Assembly: GCF_004010195.1 (NCBI RefSeq)
Contig: NC_057719.1
Span: 89,341,403 to 89,405,402, forward strand
DNA length: 64,000 nucleotides
DNA from: Chiloscyllium plagiosum
Lineage: Eukaryota
Direction of reading: 5' to 3'
Shown: positions 49,241 to 63,723 of the stretch, one piece after another
How positions within the stretch are numbered: the stretch's first letter is position 1
How the letters are laid out: every line of letters begins with the position of its first letter
Translations under genes and position numbers: made by a program
The notes under the pieces: generated by a model
Databases searched by the model: none
Told to the model about the DNA's origin: nothing
The model's input: only the letters and a program-made list of their open reading frames with translations

Positions 49241-51949
49241 AACTTGGAGTCAATAATAAAGCAGTAAAGGATAACATTTTACAAAGACTGAACAGGCAAG
49301 ATCTTAAATCAAGATCTTAAATTATGAAGGGGTTTTATATAGTTGACACTGATGAGATCCACGAGTAAAATCTAAATTACAGGCTGTAAAAGACAGCTGG
49401 TGATAAATCCAATGAAGAATTGAAGAGAAACCTCAGGTGGAATGCACTGCCATGTGGAATGGTCAAAGCAAGTCGCAGTAGGACTCTTGTGGCACAGAGG
49501 TAGGGTCCCTACATCTGAGCTTGGAGGCTGGCGTTCAAGTGTCACCTGTTTCAGAGGTGTGTCATAACACAGGGTGATTAAAAACAAAAAAAAACCAAAG
49601 CACAGAGCATTTAGGGGGAAACTAAAGAAGAATGGGATAAGCAATTGAAAACAAAAGTATGATGAAGCTGCAAACTATGTAACTGTGGAGAAAGTGTTGA
49701 AGTAATGACCTTTCAGAGAACCAACAAAAGCCTGAAGGGTCACAAACTTATAAAATTCAACAAAATTATGGAAACACACCCTAAGGTATGCATTAACTTG
49801 ACAATGTAATAAAATCAAATAGACAGGAATTGGCAGAAGTGCTCAAAACATTAACCAAAACACACTTCAGCTTTGGAATCTCCCTTTATTTGAACCAAAT
49901 TCAAGCCACTCGCATAAGAGTTTTGAAGCAATCCCTTAGAATTCACAAGAAAGATGCAATAATTTCCATTTCCATCAGGCTTTTTGGACTGCAACATCTC
50001 AATGCTTCAAAGGAATACAAATAGAAAGCAGACAAACTAAAGAAAGGAAGAATAGGACAGCTGATTAAAAACAAGGCAGATGAGTCCAAATTAAGGAGTA
50101 TTTACAGAAGAGAATAGTTGTGAAACAAAAAAATTTGAAGAAAGGAGTTGCAGACCTGAGGTTGAGACAGTTGGGAGCTGGTTTAGAGAGTGGGGAATGC
50201 AGAAGATTACAGAATTAATGGAATCTAGCAATCTCAAATTGCTATGTGGTTACAGAGTTCAGGAGGGCAAAGAACATGGCTGGGTTTGAACACAAGGATG
50301 AGAATTTTATATTTGAGACATTGGTGGTACAGAAATCTCTATGGTTCATCAAGCAAATGGTTCAGTATGACATAGCATGTGCAAGGGATACAGGCAACAC
50401 ATTTTGAATGAACTCATTTACACAGGGTGGAACTGGAAGCACTAACCAGAACAGGATTGGAAATGTCCAATACAATAGTAACCAAACCATTGAAGGTTTC
50501 AGCAGCAGATTGTCTGAAACGGATGAGATAATACAGATGACAGTTGGGTGCCCTGCCTAGCTCGGTCTGCTTAGATTCAGAAAATCACATCAGTCAAAAA
50601 GAATGGCTCAGATGGTGAGATCGCTTAAGAGTACAGAAGTATGGCACGTTCCTACTATATTCAATCTTCCCACTATAACTTGAAGAACCCTTTTCTCACT
50701 CTTTGCAAGATGTCACACAAGCAATGTGACAGCCAAGTTAACAGAGATGATAGCTAGTCAGTCAGCTACAAGAGTCACAAAATGATTTATGATCAATATA
50801 CAACTAAGCTACCAACACAGTGTCTTATCTGTTCTACTGTTTTTGTTTCTGTCACATAGAAGAAATGTTAGATGTGTTTGACAAAAAATATAATTAAGGA
50901 TATTATTCCCTCTACTAAGTATTGAACAAATCACAAGTTATCAGTCACATGCCACTGATAACCTTGGGCCTTTATCAGATTAACTTCTTATTTGAAACTA
51001 GATCAGTCTCCCATCTCTCCTATTTTTCAATATTTCCTTAAGCCTCGGACTGAATTAGTTATAGAGATGGCTTTTACATCAACTAAGCCTGCATGACTGT
51101 TTTCCATCATGCTTCCATCTCAGTAGAGACCAAAAACTTTATTTTGTGGAAATTAAAAATCTGTGAATTTATGAAAAAAGAATGGAGTCACAAAGTTTAC
51201 AATTCACGCAAAAGTATTGTACAAAAGCAAGGTACATGAATACATATAACGAATCTAGCTAAATAATTTAAAGATGCTCAAACTACAAAAACATGGTTAC
51301 TCAATCTAAACCAAATTTCTCACTTCAAGTCCCCAAGCAAAATATTTATTAAACTGCTCAAGATTAACCACTTAACCTGGGGACTGTTCCAGAAATTTGT
51401 CGGAAGAATTAAGCTTTCTTAAACCTTCCGCTTATTTTTAGCAAGTTTGTTCCTGCAAATTTCATCCAACTGTCTCACAGTTGTAAGCAAAGTAGAGTAA
51501 AGCCAGCACACAGAGTAAGGGAAGGTAACAGTATTCTTACATAAGCATAAATAATTATTCAAGAGAGTTGCTCAGGGGCTTGAAGGAAATCATGGCAGTA
51601 TTGCCTGCACCTGTGATATGTTCCTCCTGTGCAACGTGGAAGATCATGGAAATTTCAGTTGTCCCTGGTGAACCCATTTGTGGGAGGTTTAGCCAACTGC
51701 AGCATTTCTGGGAGATTGCAAATTATTTTAGGGGCAGGGCAACCTGCACAAGGCAGACAGGTTGCACCTGAACCAGAATAAGACCAGCATGCTAGTGGAT
51801 AAATTTAAAAGCCAAAAAGTAGTAATCAAATGGCTGGGAAGGTACCACAGGGCTCCTTAAGAAACCGAACAGTAACATTTCGGAAAATTTAAAATTTGTG
51901 TAAAATTAGTAGTGATAGTCAGGGACATCAACTTCAATACAACTGGGGA

Positions 51950-54900
51950 CAAAGAGATGTACAGCACGGAAACAGACCCTTTGGTCCAACTTGTCCATGC
52001 CAACCAGATATCCCAACCCAATCCAGTCCCACCTGCCAACACCCGGCCCATATCCCTCCAAACCCTTCCTATCCATATACTCATCCAAATGCCTCTTAAA
52101 TGTTGCAATTGTACTAACCTCCACCACTTCCTCAGGCAGCTCATTCCATACACGTACCACCCTTTGTGTGAAAAAGTTGCCCCATAGGTCTCTTTTATAT
52201 TTTTCTCCTCTCACCCTAAACCTTTGCCCTTTAGTTCTGGACTCCCCGACCCCAGGGAAAAGACCTTGCCTATTTACCCTATCCATGCCCCTCAATTTTG
52301 TAAACCTCTATAAGGTCACCCCATAGCCTCTGACGCTCCAGGGAAAACAGCCCCAGTCTGTTCAGCCTCTCCCTATAGTCAAATCACCCAACCCTGGCAA
52401 CATCCTTGTAAATCTTTTCTGAACCCTTTCAAGTTTCACAACATCTTTCCGATAGGAAGGAGACCAGAAATGCACGCAATATTACAACAGTGGCCTAACC
52501 AACGTCACAACATGACCTCCCAACTCCTGTACTTAATTTAATACTCTGATCAATAAAGGAAAGCATACCAAACGCCTTCTTCACTATCCTATCTACCTGC
52601 AACTCCACTTTCAAGGAGCTATGAACCTACACTCCAAGGTCTCCTTGTTCAGCAACCTTACCATTAAGTGTATACGTCCTGCTAAGATTTATCTAACCAA
52701 TATGCAATGCCTCGCATTTATCGGAATTAAACTCCATTTGCTACTTCTCAGCCCATTCAGCCATTTGGTCAAGATCCCACTGAAATCTGAGGTAATCTTT
52801 GCTGTCCACTACACCTCCAATTTTGGTGCCATCTGCAAACTTACTAACTATACCTCTTATAATCACATCCAAATCATTTATAAGAATGATGAAAAGTAGT
52901 GGACCCAGCACCAATCCTTTGGCACTCCACTGGTCACAGGCCTCCAGTCTGAAAAACAACCCTCCACCACCACCCTCTATCTTCCACCTTTGAGCCAGTT
53001 CTGTATATAAATGGCTAGTTCTTCCTGCTAACCAGTATCTCATGGAGAATCCTGTCGAAAGCCTTACTGAAGTCCATATAGATCACATCTACTGCCCTGC
53101 CCTCCTCAATCCTCTTTGTTACTTCTTCAAAAAACTCAATCAAGTTTGTGAGACATGATTTCCCATGCACAAAGCCATGTTGACTATCCCTAATCAGTCC
53201 TTGCCTTTCCAAATACATGTACATCCTGTTCTTGGGATTCCCTCCAACAACTTGCTCACCAACGACATCAGGCTCACTGGTCTGTAGCTTCCTGGCTTGT
53301 GTTTACCACCTTTCTTAAACAGTGGCACCACCTTAGCCAATGTCCAGTCTTCCAGCACCTCACTTGTGACTATCGATGAAACAAATATCTCAGTAAGAGG
53401 CCCAGCAATCATTTCTCGAGCTTCCCACAGAGTTCGAGGGTACACCTGATCATGTCCTGGGGATTTATCCACCTTTAAGCATTTCAAGACATTCAGAACT
53501 TCCTCCTCTGTAATATGGACAGTTTTCAAGATGTCACCATTTATTTCCCTACATTCTATATCTTCCATATTCTTTTCCACAGTAAATACAGATGCAAATA
53601 CTCGTTTAGTATCTCCCTCATTTTCTGCAGTCCACACAAAGGATGCCTTGCTAATCTTTGAGGGGCTCTATTCTCTCCCTAGTTACCCTTTTGTCCTTAA
53701 TGTATTTGTAAAAACCCTTTGGATTCTCCGTAACCCTATTTGCCAAAGCTATCTCATGTGCCCTTTTTGCCGTCCTGATTTCCCTCTTAAGTATTCTCCT
53801 AGTGCCTTTATACTCTAAGGATTCAGTCGATCTATCCTGTCTATTCAGATATGTACTTCCTTCTTTTTCTTAACCAAACCCTCAATGTCAACCAGCATAC
53901 CCTATACCTACCAGCCTTCCTTTTCACCCTAGCAGGAATATAGTTTCTCTGGACTCTCGTTATCTCATTTCTGAACGCTCCTCATTTTCCAGTCGTTCCT
54001 TTACCTGCGAACATTTGCCCCCAATCAGCTTTTCAAAGTTTTTGCTTAATATCAAAATTGGCCTTCCTCCAATTTAGAACTTCAACTTTTAGATCTGGTC
54101 TACCCTTTTCCATCACTATTTTAAAACGAATAGAATTATGGTCGCTGGTCCCAAAGTGCTCCCCACTGACATCTCAGTCACCTGCCCTGCCTTATTTCCC
54201 AAGAGTAGGTCAGGTTTTCCACCTTTTCTAGTAATACAATCCCAATAAGGTTATCATCCCTTATTTCTCAGTTCCACCCAAATAACTTCCCTGGATGTAT
54301 TTTGAGGAATATCCTCCCTCAGCTCAGCTGTAATGCTTTTCCTTATCAAAAAACGCCACTCCCCCTCCTCTCTTGCCTCCCTTTCTATCCTTCCTGTAGC
54401 ATTTGTATCCTAGAACATTAAGCTGCCAGTCCTGCCCATTCCTGCGCCATGTTTCTGTAATTGCTATGATATCCTGAACCCATGCTCCTAACCATGCCCT
54501 GAGTTCATCGGTCTTCCCTGTTGGGCCCCTTGCATTGAAATAAATGCAGTTTAATTTATCAGACTTTGCTTGTTCTCTGCTTTGTCCCTGCCTGACCTGA
54601 CTGTTTGACTCGCTTCTGTTCTCAACTGTACCAGTCTCATATTGATCTCTTTCCTCACTATCTCCCTGGGTCCCAATCCCTCCCTACCCACCTTACTAGT
54701 TTTAATCCTCTCGAGCAAATCTCCCTGGCAGTATATTAGTCCCCTCCCAATTCAGGTGTAATCTGTCCTTCTTGTAGAGTCACTTCTACCCCAAAAGAGA
54801 GTCCAATGATCCAAAAATGTGAATCCTTCACCCAAACACCAGCTCCTCAGCCATGCATTCATCTGCTCTGTCCTCCTATTCCTGGCCTCACTAGCTCATA

Positions 54901-56500
54901 GCACAGGAGTAATCCAGATATTACTACCCTCTAGGACCGCCTTTTAAAATTCCTGTCTAACTCTCTAATCTCCCATCAGAATCTCAACCATTTTCCTTCC
55001 TATGTCATTGGTTCCAATGCTGGTCCCTCTCCCCCTTGAGAACATTCTGCACCCTCTCAGACATTCTTGATCCTGGCACCAGGGAAGCATCACACCATTC
55101 TGATTTTTTGCTGCTGGCCACAGAAACATCTGCCTGTACCTCGGACTAGAGAGTCCCCTATCACAACTGATCTCTTGAAATGCAATGTACCCCTCATTGC
55201 ATTACAGCCAGTCTCAATACCAGAAACTTGGCTGCTTGTGCTACGTTCCCCTGGAGAATCCATCACCCCAACATTTTCCAAAACAGCATATCCGTTTGAA
55301 ATGGGACTAGCCACAGAAGACTCCTGCACTACCTGCCTACTTCTCATTCCTTTCCTGGAGTTAACCCATCTATGTGACTGTATCTGTGACTTCCTATAAC
55401 TGCCAACCATCACACCCTCTTGCTCTTGTAGATTCCTCATTGCCTCGGTCTCTCCAACCGATCCATTCGATCCGATATGATTCGCAACCAACAGCATCCA
55501 ATGCAGATACGATTCTCAGTCACCCATAAACTCTCCGTAAACGCCCACGTCTGACAAGAGGAGCATATCACTCTAGGCCATTTTGCTCCTTCACAATCTA
55601 CAGACCCAGACAGCACTGTCTTATTCCTCTACAATACGCTGCTGCAGATTAAATTATGGCTTATATTTTAAGTTTAATCAAGAGACATATCTCACTAAAA
55701 CATATAATCAAGAAAGAACCCACTCTACTTGGCGGCACGGTGGCTCAGTGGTTAGCACTGCTGGCTCACAGGACCAGGGTCCCAGGTTCAATTCCAGCCT
55801 TCGGTGACTGTCTGTGTGGAGTTTGCACATTCTCTCCCAGTGTCTGCCTGAGTTTCCTCCGGGCACGCCGGTTTCCTCCCACAGTCCAAAGAAGTGTAAG
55901 TCAGGTGAATTAGCCATGCTAAATTGCCCATAGTGTTAGGTGCATTAGTCAGAGGGGAAATGGGTCTGGGTGGGTTACTCTTCGGAGGGTCGGTGTGGAC
56001 TGGTTGGGCCGAAGGGCCCAATTCCGCACTGTAGGGAATCACTGCTGCAGACTTACTGTAAGGCTATGCTTAAAATATTAACTTCTGCTTCTGTGCTGTG
56101 ACCTCTCTGAAACAGGTTCCTCCAAGATTAGTTGTGAATTTCACTTTTAGTAATTTTCCAGATGCACTCCGATGTCCAGGAATACATGAATTCGAACTGC
56201 AAAGGCAGTAACTGTGCAGGTTCATTTCTCTGTCAGTTTCTTTCTCTCTCTCGCGCTCTCTCCTGTACTGACCTCACTGTATGCTTCTTTTGTCTGTTCC
56301 TCTCCATGTTAAAACTACTGTTGTTTCGACTTTTTTCCCTCCAAAGTTCCAAAACAATGCAACAGCATATACAACAGTAATTGCTGTTCCTGGAATTCGA
56401 GGAAAGCACCTCCAAAACCTAAAATACCTCAAAAAAAAGGGGCAGCCTGATACAGCCAGAATGTTTTCCCCCCAAGCTCCATCTTGGATTACCCAGAAGC
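51950..56500 (-). mobile_element. Near full-length, disrupted CR1 LINE inserted into an older plus-strand CR1 (51560-51945 and 56520-58280)
   Basis: 5'UTR 56500-55600; ORF1 VVIGDSLVRG; ORF2 [38 protein letters not shown]; 3'UTR gggtctgtttccgtgctgtacatctc. The flanking older copy reads VVIVRDINF before the insertion and DLILGN..GEHF after it. Confidence 0.9.
55731..56040 (+). mobile_element. HE1-type SINE inside the CR1 5'UTR
   Basis: A and B boxes, core and tail as in the other copies. Confidence 0.88.
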
Positions 56501-58482
56501 CTGCAGTCACAGCGTGAAAGGCTTCGGTGTAGTGGAATTCTTAAAATGCTTCCAAATACTACCTTAAAAAGCTATTTTTGAACACTGCAAAAGAGAGGGC
56601 AATCCAAGATTTAATTTTAGGGAACAAAGCTGGGAAAGTGTCTTAATTATTAGTGGGGGAGCATTTTACAGCCAGTGATTATAACTCTGATAGATTCACG
56701 ATTGTTATGGAAGAGGATAAGAATGGGCCTGAAATAAAATTTCTCAATTGCAGAAAGCTGATTTCAATTAGATCAGATATGATTTGGCCAGGGTGTGCTG
56801 GGAACACGTCCTTGCAGATGAATCTAAGAATCTCAGAACAGTGGACACATTCAAGGAGGAAACATGGAGAGTACAGGCCAACATGTTCCAATGAAGAGAG
56901 ACAGTGGGGCTGTCAAATCCTGGTGAACAATGGATACCAACAGATTTATATAACATTGAACATCAAACAACTCTAACCCTCTATGCCCTGACTGTTCACG
57001 TGCCTAAATGCCTCAATGTATCTGCTTAAAACTTTGTTAATGTAAATTGGGCTCTTTGATTTATTTTAATACTGAAAGCATCATTTTGGATTGCTTTTAA
57101 ACTAAAAGTTATCCACAGTCATCGAATGAACCCATAGGGGTCAGTGTTGGGGCCCTTACGGTCTATGATAGATTTAGACTTGAAGGTTGACCAGTAAACT
57201 TGCAGATCTCAAAAAAGTTAGTGTGGTTGTACATAGCAAAGAGGATTTAGTCAGGCTGTTGAGATGGGCTGATCAGTGGCAAATGGAATTAAATTCAGAT
57301 AAATGGGACGTGATGTTCATGGACAGGTCAAACAAAACAAGGAAATACATGATGAATGACAAGACCCTTGAAGGCACCAAGGATCGGGGGACCTTGGCAT
57401 GCACATATATAGGCTTTTTAAGGTATCAGAACAGATGTATAATAATAAAGGCAGCACATGGGATACAGCCAACTTTGTTTTGACTGACACAATTGATAAA
57501 CAGACAAAAACTATATACAGCAAATACTGGAAGTTTACTCTATTATTTCTGTGATGTCAGAATCATCAGTTGAGGGTGCGAGTTAATTGGTGATAGACCC
57601 CTGCCGCACATTTCAATTTGTCTGTATTGTTACATTGGTAGAATATTCTGGTCGATCAATCAGTAAATGCCTGGTCCCACAGGTGCCAGTGAATGAAAGG
57701 CTTGTGTACTTGCCTTTATTAATCAAGATTAGTTTAAAAACAGGGAAGGGATATTGGAACTTCTAAAACTTTAATTAGGCCACAGCTAGAGTATTGTGTG
57801 CAGTGCTGGAATCCACATAATAGGAGGAATGTGATTACATTGGAGACAGTACACAGGAAATCTACCAGGATGCTGCCTAGGATGGAGAGTTTTCATTATG
57901 AAGAGAGATTAGACAGACTGGGGTCCTTACATCAGAGAAATTGAGAGGGGTTATGTCTGAGATGTATAAAATAGCTAGGGTAGACAGGAAAAAAACATTT
58001 TCTTTGATGGAAGGACCAATGGCAACACTGCACAAATTTAAAGTAAAGGACATAAGATTTAGAGGAAATGTGAAGAAAAGGCTTTTCACCCTGAATGTGA
58101 TGCAAATCTGCAACTTACTGCTTATAAGGGTAGAAAAGGAACATCACAACATTTAAGTGCTAAGTACATGTGTACCTGCAATGCAAGACACACATGGCTA
58201 TGAGCCAAATGCTGGATGATAACACTAGGACAGACAGATTTTCAACCAGTGCAGACACAATGGACCTCCATGACTATGACTCCTCAATTAACACAGGCAT
58301 GCCTGATGTCCTAAGCATTGCCACCTTGGAGCAGAACTATGCTGATTTCATTTGGAGCCCTATATTTAAAATATTCCCTTCCCTGCTTGACTAAAACTAC
58401 AAGACCAACTCACTGTTGAGAGTTCTTCAACTGATGAGTTTTAAAATTCTAATGCCCAAACACTGAATATTGATTATGCAGC

Positions 58483-58754
58483 TATCCGAAATCCTTGGGG
58501 CCAGTTGTTTTTTGGATTGCAGAATAAATGACATTTTCATAGCGAAATGAACAAAATTACTGAACAGCAGCCCACGTGTGAATAGTATGAGCACTGAGAC
58601 ATAACTGATGCCTTCCAGCGCTGGGCCATGCCACAGCGTCACATCTAAATGACGTGGGTCGAGTGGCTGTGGAGTTGGTCAACCATCCACATGCCAAACA
58701 ACCTTGTAACACAGGAAAAAAAACTTCACAAAAAGAAACTCTGGATTTCGGATA
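58483..58754. mobile_element. Possible non-autonomous DNA transposon
   Basis: Perfect 12-bp inverted repeat tatccgaaatcc / ggatttcggata. Confidence 0.35.
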
Positions 58755-58879
58755 AAGGATTAGACGTTTCCTACATTTGTTTCTAAAATTAAAAACCTAG
58801 ACCTCCTACCCAAAACCAGCACAGTACCCATAATCAACCTAACGCTATTAACATTTTGTTGACCCTTTTTTCCTATTTC

Positions 58880-61110
58880 CACCTCCAAGAAATTTTTTTA
58901 ATTCCTCTCTGGCCACAGGGGAAGTACGAGAGGACTGCAGGATGGCTAATGTGGTCCCGATCTTTTTTTTTTAAAAGAAGAGTGGTAGAAGTGAACAAGG
59001 AAATTACAGGTCGGTGAGTCTCACATTCATGGTGGAAAACTATTGTATTGAAGGAGCGAATTAATACTCACTTGGAAAGTTATGGGTTAATTAGGGGTAG
59101 TCAGGATGGCTTTATCAGAGGGAAGGTATGCCTACCAAATCAGTTAGAATTTTCTGAAAATGTGATGAAGTGCGTGGTTGAGTGAAGTTCAGTTAATGGC
59201 GTTTATGTGGACTTCTGACAAAGTCCTACATGGGTGACCGACTGATCAGGTGAGAACACAGGGAAACTTGGCGAGAAGGATCAGAACCGGTTGAGTAACA
59301 AGTTAGAGGTACAAGGTCGGAGAGACTGGAGGAAGGTGCCCAGCAGTACATGACAAGGCTCAGTACTGAGACCCTTGTTGCTTGTTATATACATCAAATA
59401 TATAGATGAAAATGTGGGAGGAATGTTAAGCGAATTTGCATATGACATCAAGATGGGTACAGTAGTTAATAGTGAAGACTGCAGGTTACATAAAGATATA
59501 GATAGGTTGGTCAAGAGAGCAGATTGTATTTAACCCTGTTCAGTGCAGGGCAATGCACTTTGGAAGAAACAACAAAGCGAGGGAATATTCAATGAATGGC
59601 AGGACACTAGATAGCTTAGAGGAACAAAGGAACCTTAGGGTAATTATTCATAGATCCCTGAAGTCAGCAGACTACCTGAGTAGCATAGTTAATTCGGGAT
59701 ACTGGACACTTGTTTCATCAGTGGTTGCATAAGGAAATAATGTTGGAGTTCTACAGAGTGTTAGTCAGGCCAGAACAGGAGAGAGGAACCTCAATTGTCC
59801 AAATGAGATGGACGGGCGCCATTTCACTCGGATAAATGATTATGCAGATAATCACTTTTAGCTTAAATGGGGGGAAGCCATACCGATTTAATGCTGTGCT
59901 CTACCGGAGAATTTATTTAAATCTATAATTTTAATGAGTCTATCATTTAAACAAACTAATCTTTGCAATCTGCAAATTACAGGTTAAAATAGGAACTAAA
60001 ACCTTATGTGAAATCCTAGCATTAAACAAGGTCCCAAACAGTTTTTACAATCGCAAGACCATTTACAGTATCAGTTTCCAGGAACTCAGTCTTGTAACAG
60101 AAAGACAGAAGCCATGTCTCACGCATGTATTTACGTCCTGTGTTTTTTAAAAAATGAACAGCTTGGTAAAGTGCTGGGAATACTGTAAAATACATTTTTG
60201 CAAAGGGCTATGTAACAACGCTTAAGCTAAAAAATATCCAGTCGCTGATGCTTGAGCTGCTTGTGTTTCTTTGTTTTTGCCAGCGTTTTCACATCTTCTT
60301 CTGTACAGGTAAATCGAATACACTTACCTCTTTGATGTAATTTTTTTTAGATTAGATTACTTAGAGTGTGGAAACAGGCCCTTCGGCCCAGCAAGTCCAC
60401 ACCAACCCGCCGAAGAGCAACCCACCCAGACCCATTCCCCAACATTTACCCCTTCACTAACACTACGAGCAATTTAGCAGGCCAATTTACCTAACCTCCA
60501 CATTTTTGGACCAGAGCACCCGGAGGAAACCCACGCAGACACAGGGAGAACGTGCAAACTCCACACAGACAGTCGCCTGAGGCGGGAATTGAACCGGGGT
60601 CTCTGGCGCTGTGAGGCAGCAGTGCTAACCACTACGGGACCTTGAAATCTTCTTCGGATAATCAAAGTTCCTTTGTCCTGTGTAGTTCTGGTCACCCTAC
60701 TAAGGAAGCATGCGATAGCAGGGTGCACCAGAATGCAGCCTGGGATGAAGAAATTGAGCTATAGATTGAAGGGGGACTTGATTGAGGTGTGTAAGATTAC
60801 GAGGAATATAGGCAGTTTGAAGAGAGTGCAGCTGCTCCCCTTGGTTGAGGGGTCAACTACCAAAAGGGCATAGTTTTAGGCTAAGGCGCAGGAGATTCAG
60901 AGGGGATTTGGGAAAAGTTTTTTCGTACAGCGGGTGATGGGAGTCTGCAATGCATTGCCTGGAAAGGTAGTGGAGGCCGGAAAGCTTACCACCTTTAAGA
61001 AATATTTGGATGAGTACTTCAAATGTCATAATATTCAAGAATACGGGACAGTAAATTGGAACTAGTGCACTTTTTAGAGGTAGTTATGCTGGTGCAAGGG
61101 CCTTTCTGCT
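58880..61110 (+). mobile_element. Degenerate CR1 containing a Tigger-like element (59781-60675), which itself carries an HE1 SINE (60347-60633, minus)
   Basis: EDCRMANVVP, NYRSVSLT and LKGDLIEVCKI remnants. The insert termini agaggaacctcaattgtcc / ggataatcaaagttcctttg resemble those of the 31366 MITE. Confidence 0.7.
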
Positions 61111-61204
61111 CTGTACAAATCAAGTCGCTAGAACAAAGCACGTTCTCAGAAGCTGTAGAGAAATCCATTTATTCATCACCTGAACATAAATTTGAGAAAA
61201 GCAC

Positions 61205-61515
61205 ATCATTGAATCACTACAGTGTGGAAGCAGGCGATTCAATCTATCAAGCACACAGCAACCCTCTGAAGAGCATCCGTCCCAGAATCCACCCGCCTCA
61301 CTGTACCCGTCCCTGCATTTTACCATGGATATTCCACCTAACCTGCACATCCCTGGACAGTATGGACAATCCATATCTTTGGACCCTAGTAGTAAACTAG
61401 AGCATCTGGGGAAACCACTTGTGTCTGCGTGGTGTTTGCACAGTCAGAGGATGGAATTGAAGCCGGATCCATGACACTGAGGCAGCAGTGCTAGCTACTG
61501 AACTACTATGCTGCA
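61205..61515 (-). mobile_element. Degenerate HE1-like SINE
   Basis: acagtgtggaagcaggc tail, cacctaacctgcacatc core, gaggcagcagtgcta head. Confidence 0.65.
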
Positions 61516-62587
61516 TCCCGGTTATCAATTAGATCATCTGTTTCATTGACCAATAATAATTCAACCTCCTGAACTGGCACCTGGAACCTTTTGGTCTGAA
61601 TATCTTTTTACTAGAGATAGCACTTTTTTCATGAGGCCATCAGTTGATAACACAGTTCAAGCAACAGAGTTGAATGACTTGACTTGACTTGGATTCGGGT
61701 GAACCAAGGAGGGCCTCTTTTACAGCACCTCCACAGGGCAGAATTATTACACTGGATAGATATAGAGTAAGCTTCCTCTATTCTTTAAAAAATGAAAAAA
61801 AAACCTCAATATTGTTTGTTTGATGGGGACAATCTCAGGACAAGTACTACACATGGCTTGTATCAAATTAAAACTCCACCTATACTGTCCCCCATTGGTG
61901 AAGTACAGGCACACTATTAGATATAGATTAGATCTCCCTCTATGCATCACCAAACACTTCCAGGACAAGGACTGCAGAGAGATGGACACCGAGTAATACT
62001 GCCTCTATTTTTTCAAACCGAAATTAAAGCTCCAACAACACTGTACCGTCAAACAGACTCAGGACAGATACAGCCAGAGTGTTACAGACTAACCGTACAC
62101 CTCAAAGCTCAATTGCTTCAGCTATCACCCAAGAACTACAATAACTTCAGCACAACTACAACTCTCCTGTCTCAACAACTCAGCCTTTTGACTGCTTGCT
62201 TAATAGCTGCACTAGTTACCTTCAGGCATCTCGTTTTCAAACTTCAATCCCTGTTAAATCACTTTCAGTTCATTCATATCTGCCTTTAAACTAATCAGTT
62301 GCTCACCTCTCTGAACCTCCAGCTATGGTCATTCAAATAACACGTTTCGTTTTCTGCATACAATCAGAATTGGAAGCGGCCACTCAGTCCATAATAATGC
62401 TCCATGGAGAAAAACTGTTATTATTAGATATCCACTGGAAGTTTATTTTCATGGCAAGCTGATCAAAGTTCCTTGTGCAGTCACTCATCTCTGCTGCCAT
62501 CTCCCTGTTTGAAGATGTGGCCATACTATACCTTTAAGAGAGTAAAAGCTAGCAGTGACAGTACCAAGTGTTCTCAATAAGACACAA

Positions 62588-63174
62588 TGTAATATGTGCT
62601 CCAGCTACTGGGAGCTGGTTCCCTGGAAACGACAAAACAGATTCGAATTAGGCCAATCAGTTTAAATTATACATCAAAAAAAAACAAATTCCATTCAAGT
62701 TTGAACTGAGTATATTGATGTTCTTAAAAACATGCTCCAATGCTTTGGGATATAAGACAGAGGAAAACTGAACAGTTGGGGGAGAACTGCCACCAACCCA
62801 ACAGCTGTAGACTGCAAGTCAGAACTCAGAGGTACCTGCACAGAGAAAAACCCTCAACTGACCTGGAGAGCCAATCTACTGACGAAGACTAAGAGAAGAT
62901 TCGACTGCTGGCTGGTTTTAACATTTGAATTTTTCTGTAAATCTTAATGGGAGTTTTGTCAAACTAATACTATAGAAGAGAAGGTAAAAAGATAGGTTAG
63001 AAGAAGGAATTGTAAATAGCTGTTAATTATTCTCTGTTATGCTTTAAGAAATAAAGTTGTTAATTTTTACTTTAAATAGTTCTTGGACACTACTTTTTAT
63101 AGATTACTGCACGGGATACATCTTTTCTGTGTCGCTGATTTTAAATTAAGGAGTGTTTACTCCTTGTCATAACA
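62588..63174 (+). mobile_element. Possible solo LTR
   Basis: TGT...AACA ends; ccaat and tataag motifs, then aataaa near 63050; no clear TSD. Confidence 0.4.
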
Positions 63175-63323
63175 TCCCTCATAGGCAGCAAGTTCCAGTC
63201 ACACAAACTCGCTAAGAAAAGGCTCTTTTTCACGTCCAAAACCTTAATCTGCTGTACTATAGCTCTGGTACCTAAAAAAAAGGGAAGGTCTTTCCTTTGT
63301 TCACTTTATTGAAACATGTTATA

Positions 63324-63460
63324 GCTGAAAATGTGTTGCTGGAAAAGCGCAGCAGGTCAGGCAGCATTCAAGGAGCAGGAGAATCGACGTTTCGGGCATG
63401 AGCCCTTCTTCAGGAAGGGCTCATGCCCAATCTCCAGCATCTGCAGTCCTCACTTTTTCC
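63324..63460. mobile_element. Penelope pLTR (family A) with short inversion; hammerhead motif on the minus strand
   Basis: Perfect 14-bp direct repeat tgaaacatgttata at 63310-63323 and 63461-63474. Confidence 0.85.
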
Positions 63461-63597
63461 TGAAACATGTTATAATCTTGTATACAAGATAACATTGAGT
63501 GACAACCTGCTCTGGCTGTTTGTTGAAATTTGAACCTTAATTCTGGACAATGAAACAAAGTTAGATCTGATCTACAGATAACTGGCCTAATATTATC

Positions 63598-63723
63598 CTG
63601 AAGAAGGGCTAATGCCCGAAACGTCGATTCTCCTGTTCCCTAGATGCTGCCTGACCTGCTACGCTTTTCCAGCAACACATTTCCATCTCTGATCTCCAGC
63701 ATCTGCAGACCTCACTTTCTCCT
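63598..63723 (+). mobile_element. Solo Penelope pLTR (family A) beginning at the hammerhead core
   Basis: 11-bp direct repeat ctaatattatc at 63587-63597 and 63724-63734; starts CTGAAGAAGGGCTAATGCCCGAAACGTCGA. Confidence 0.85.
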
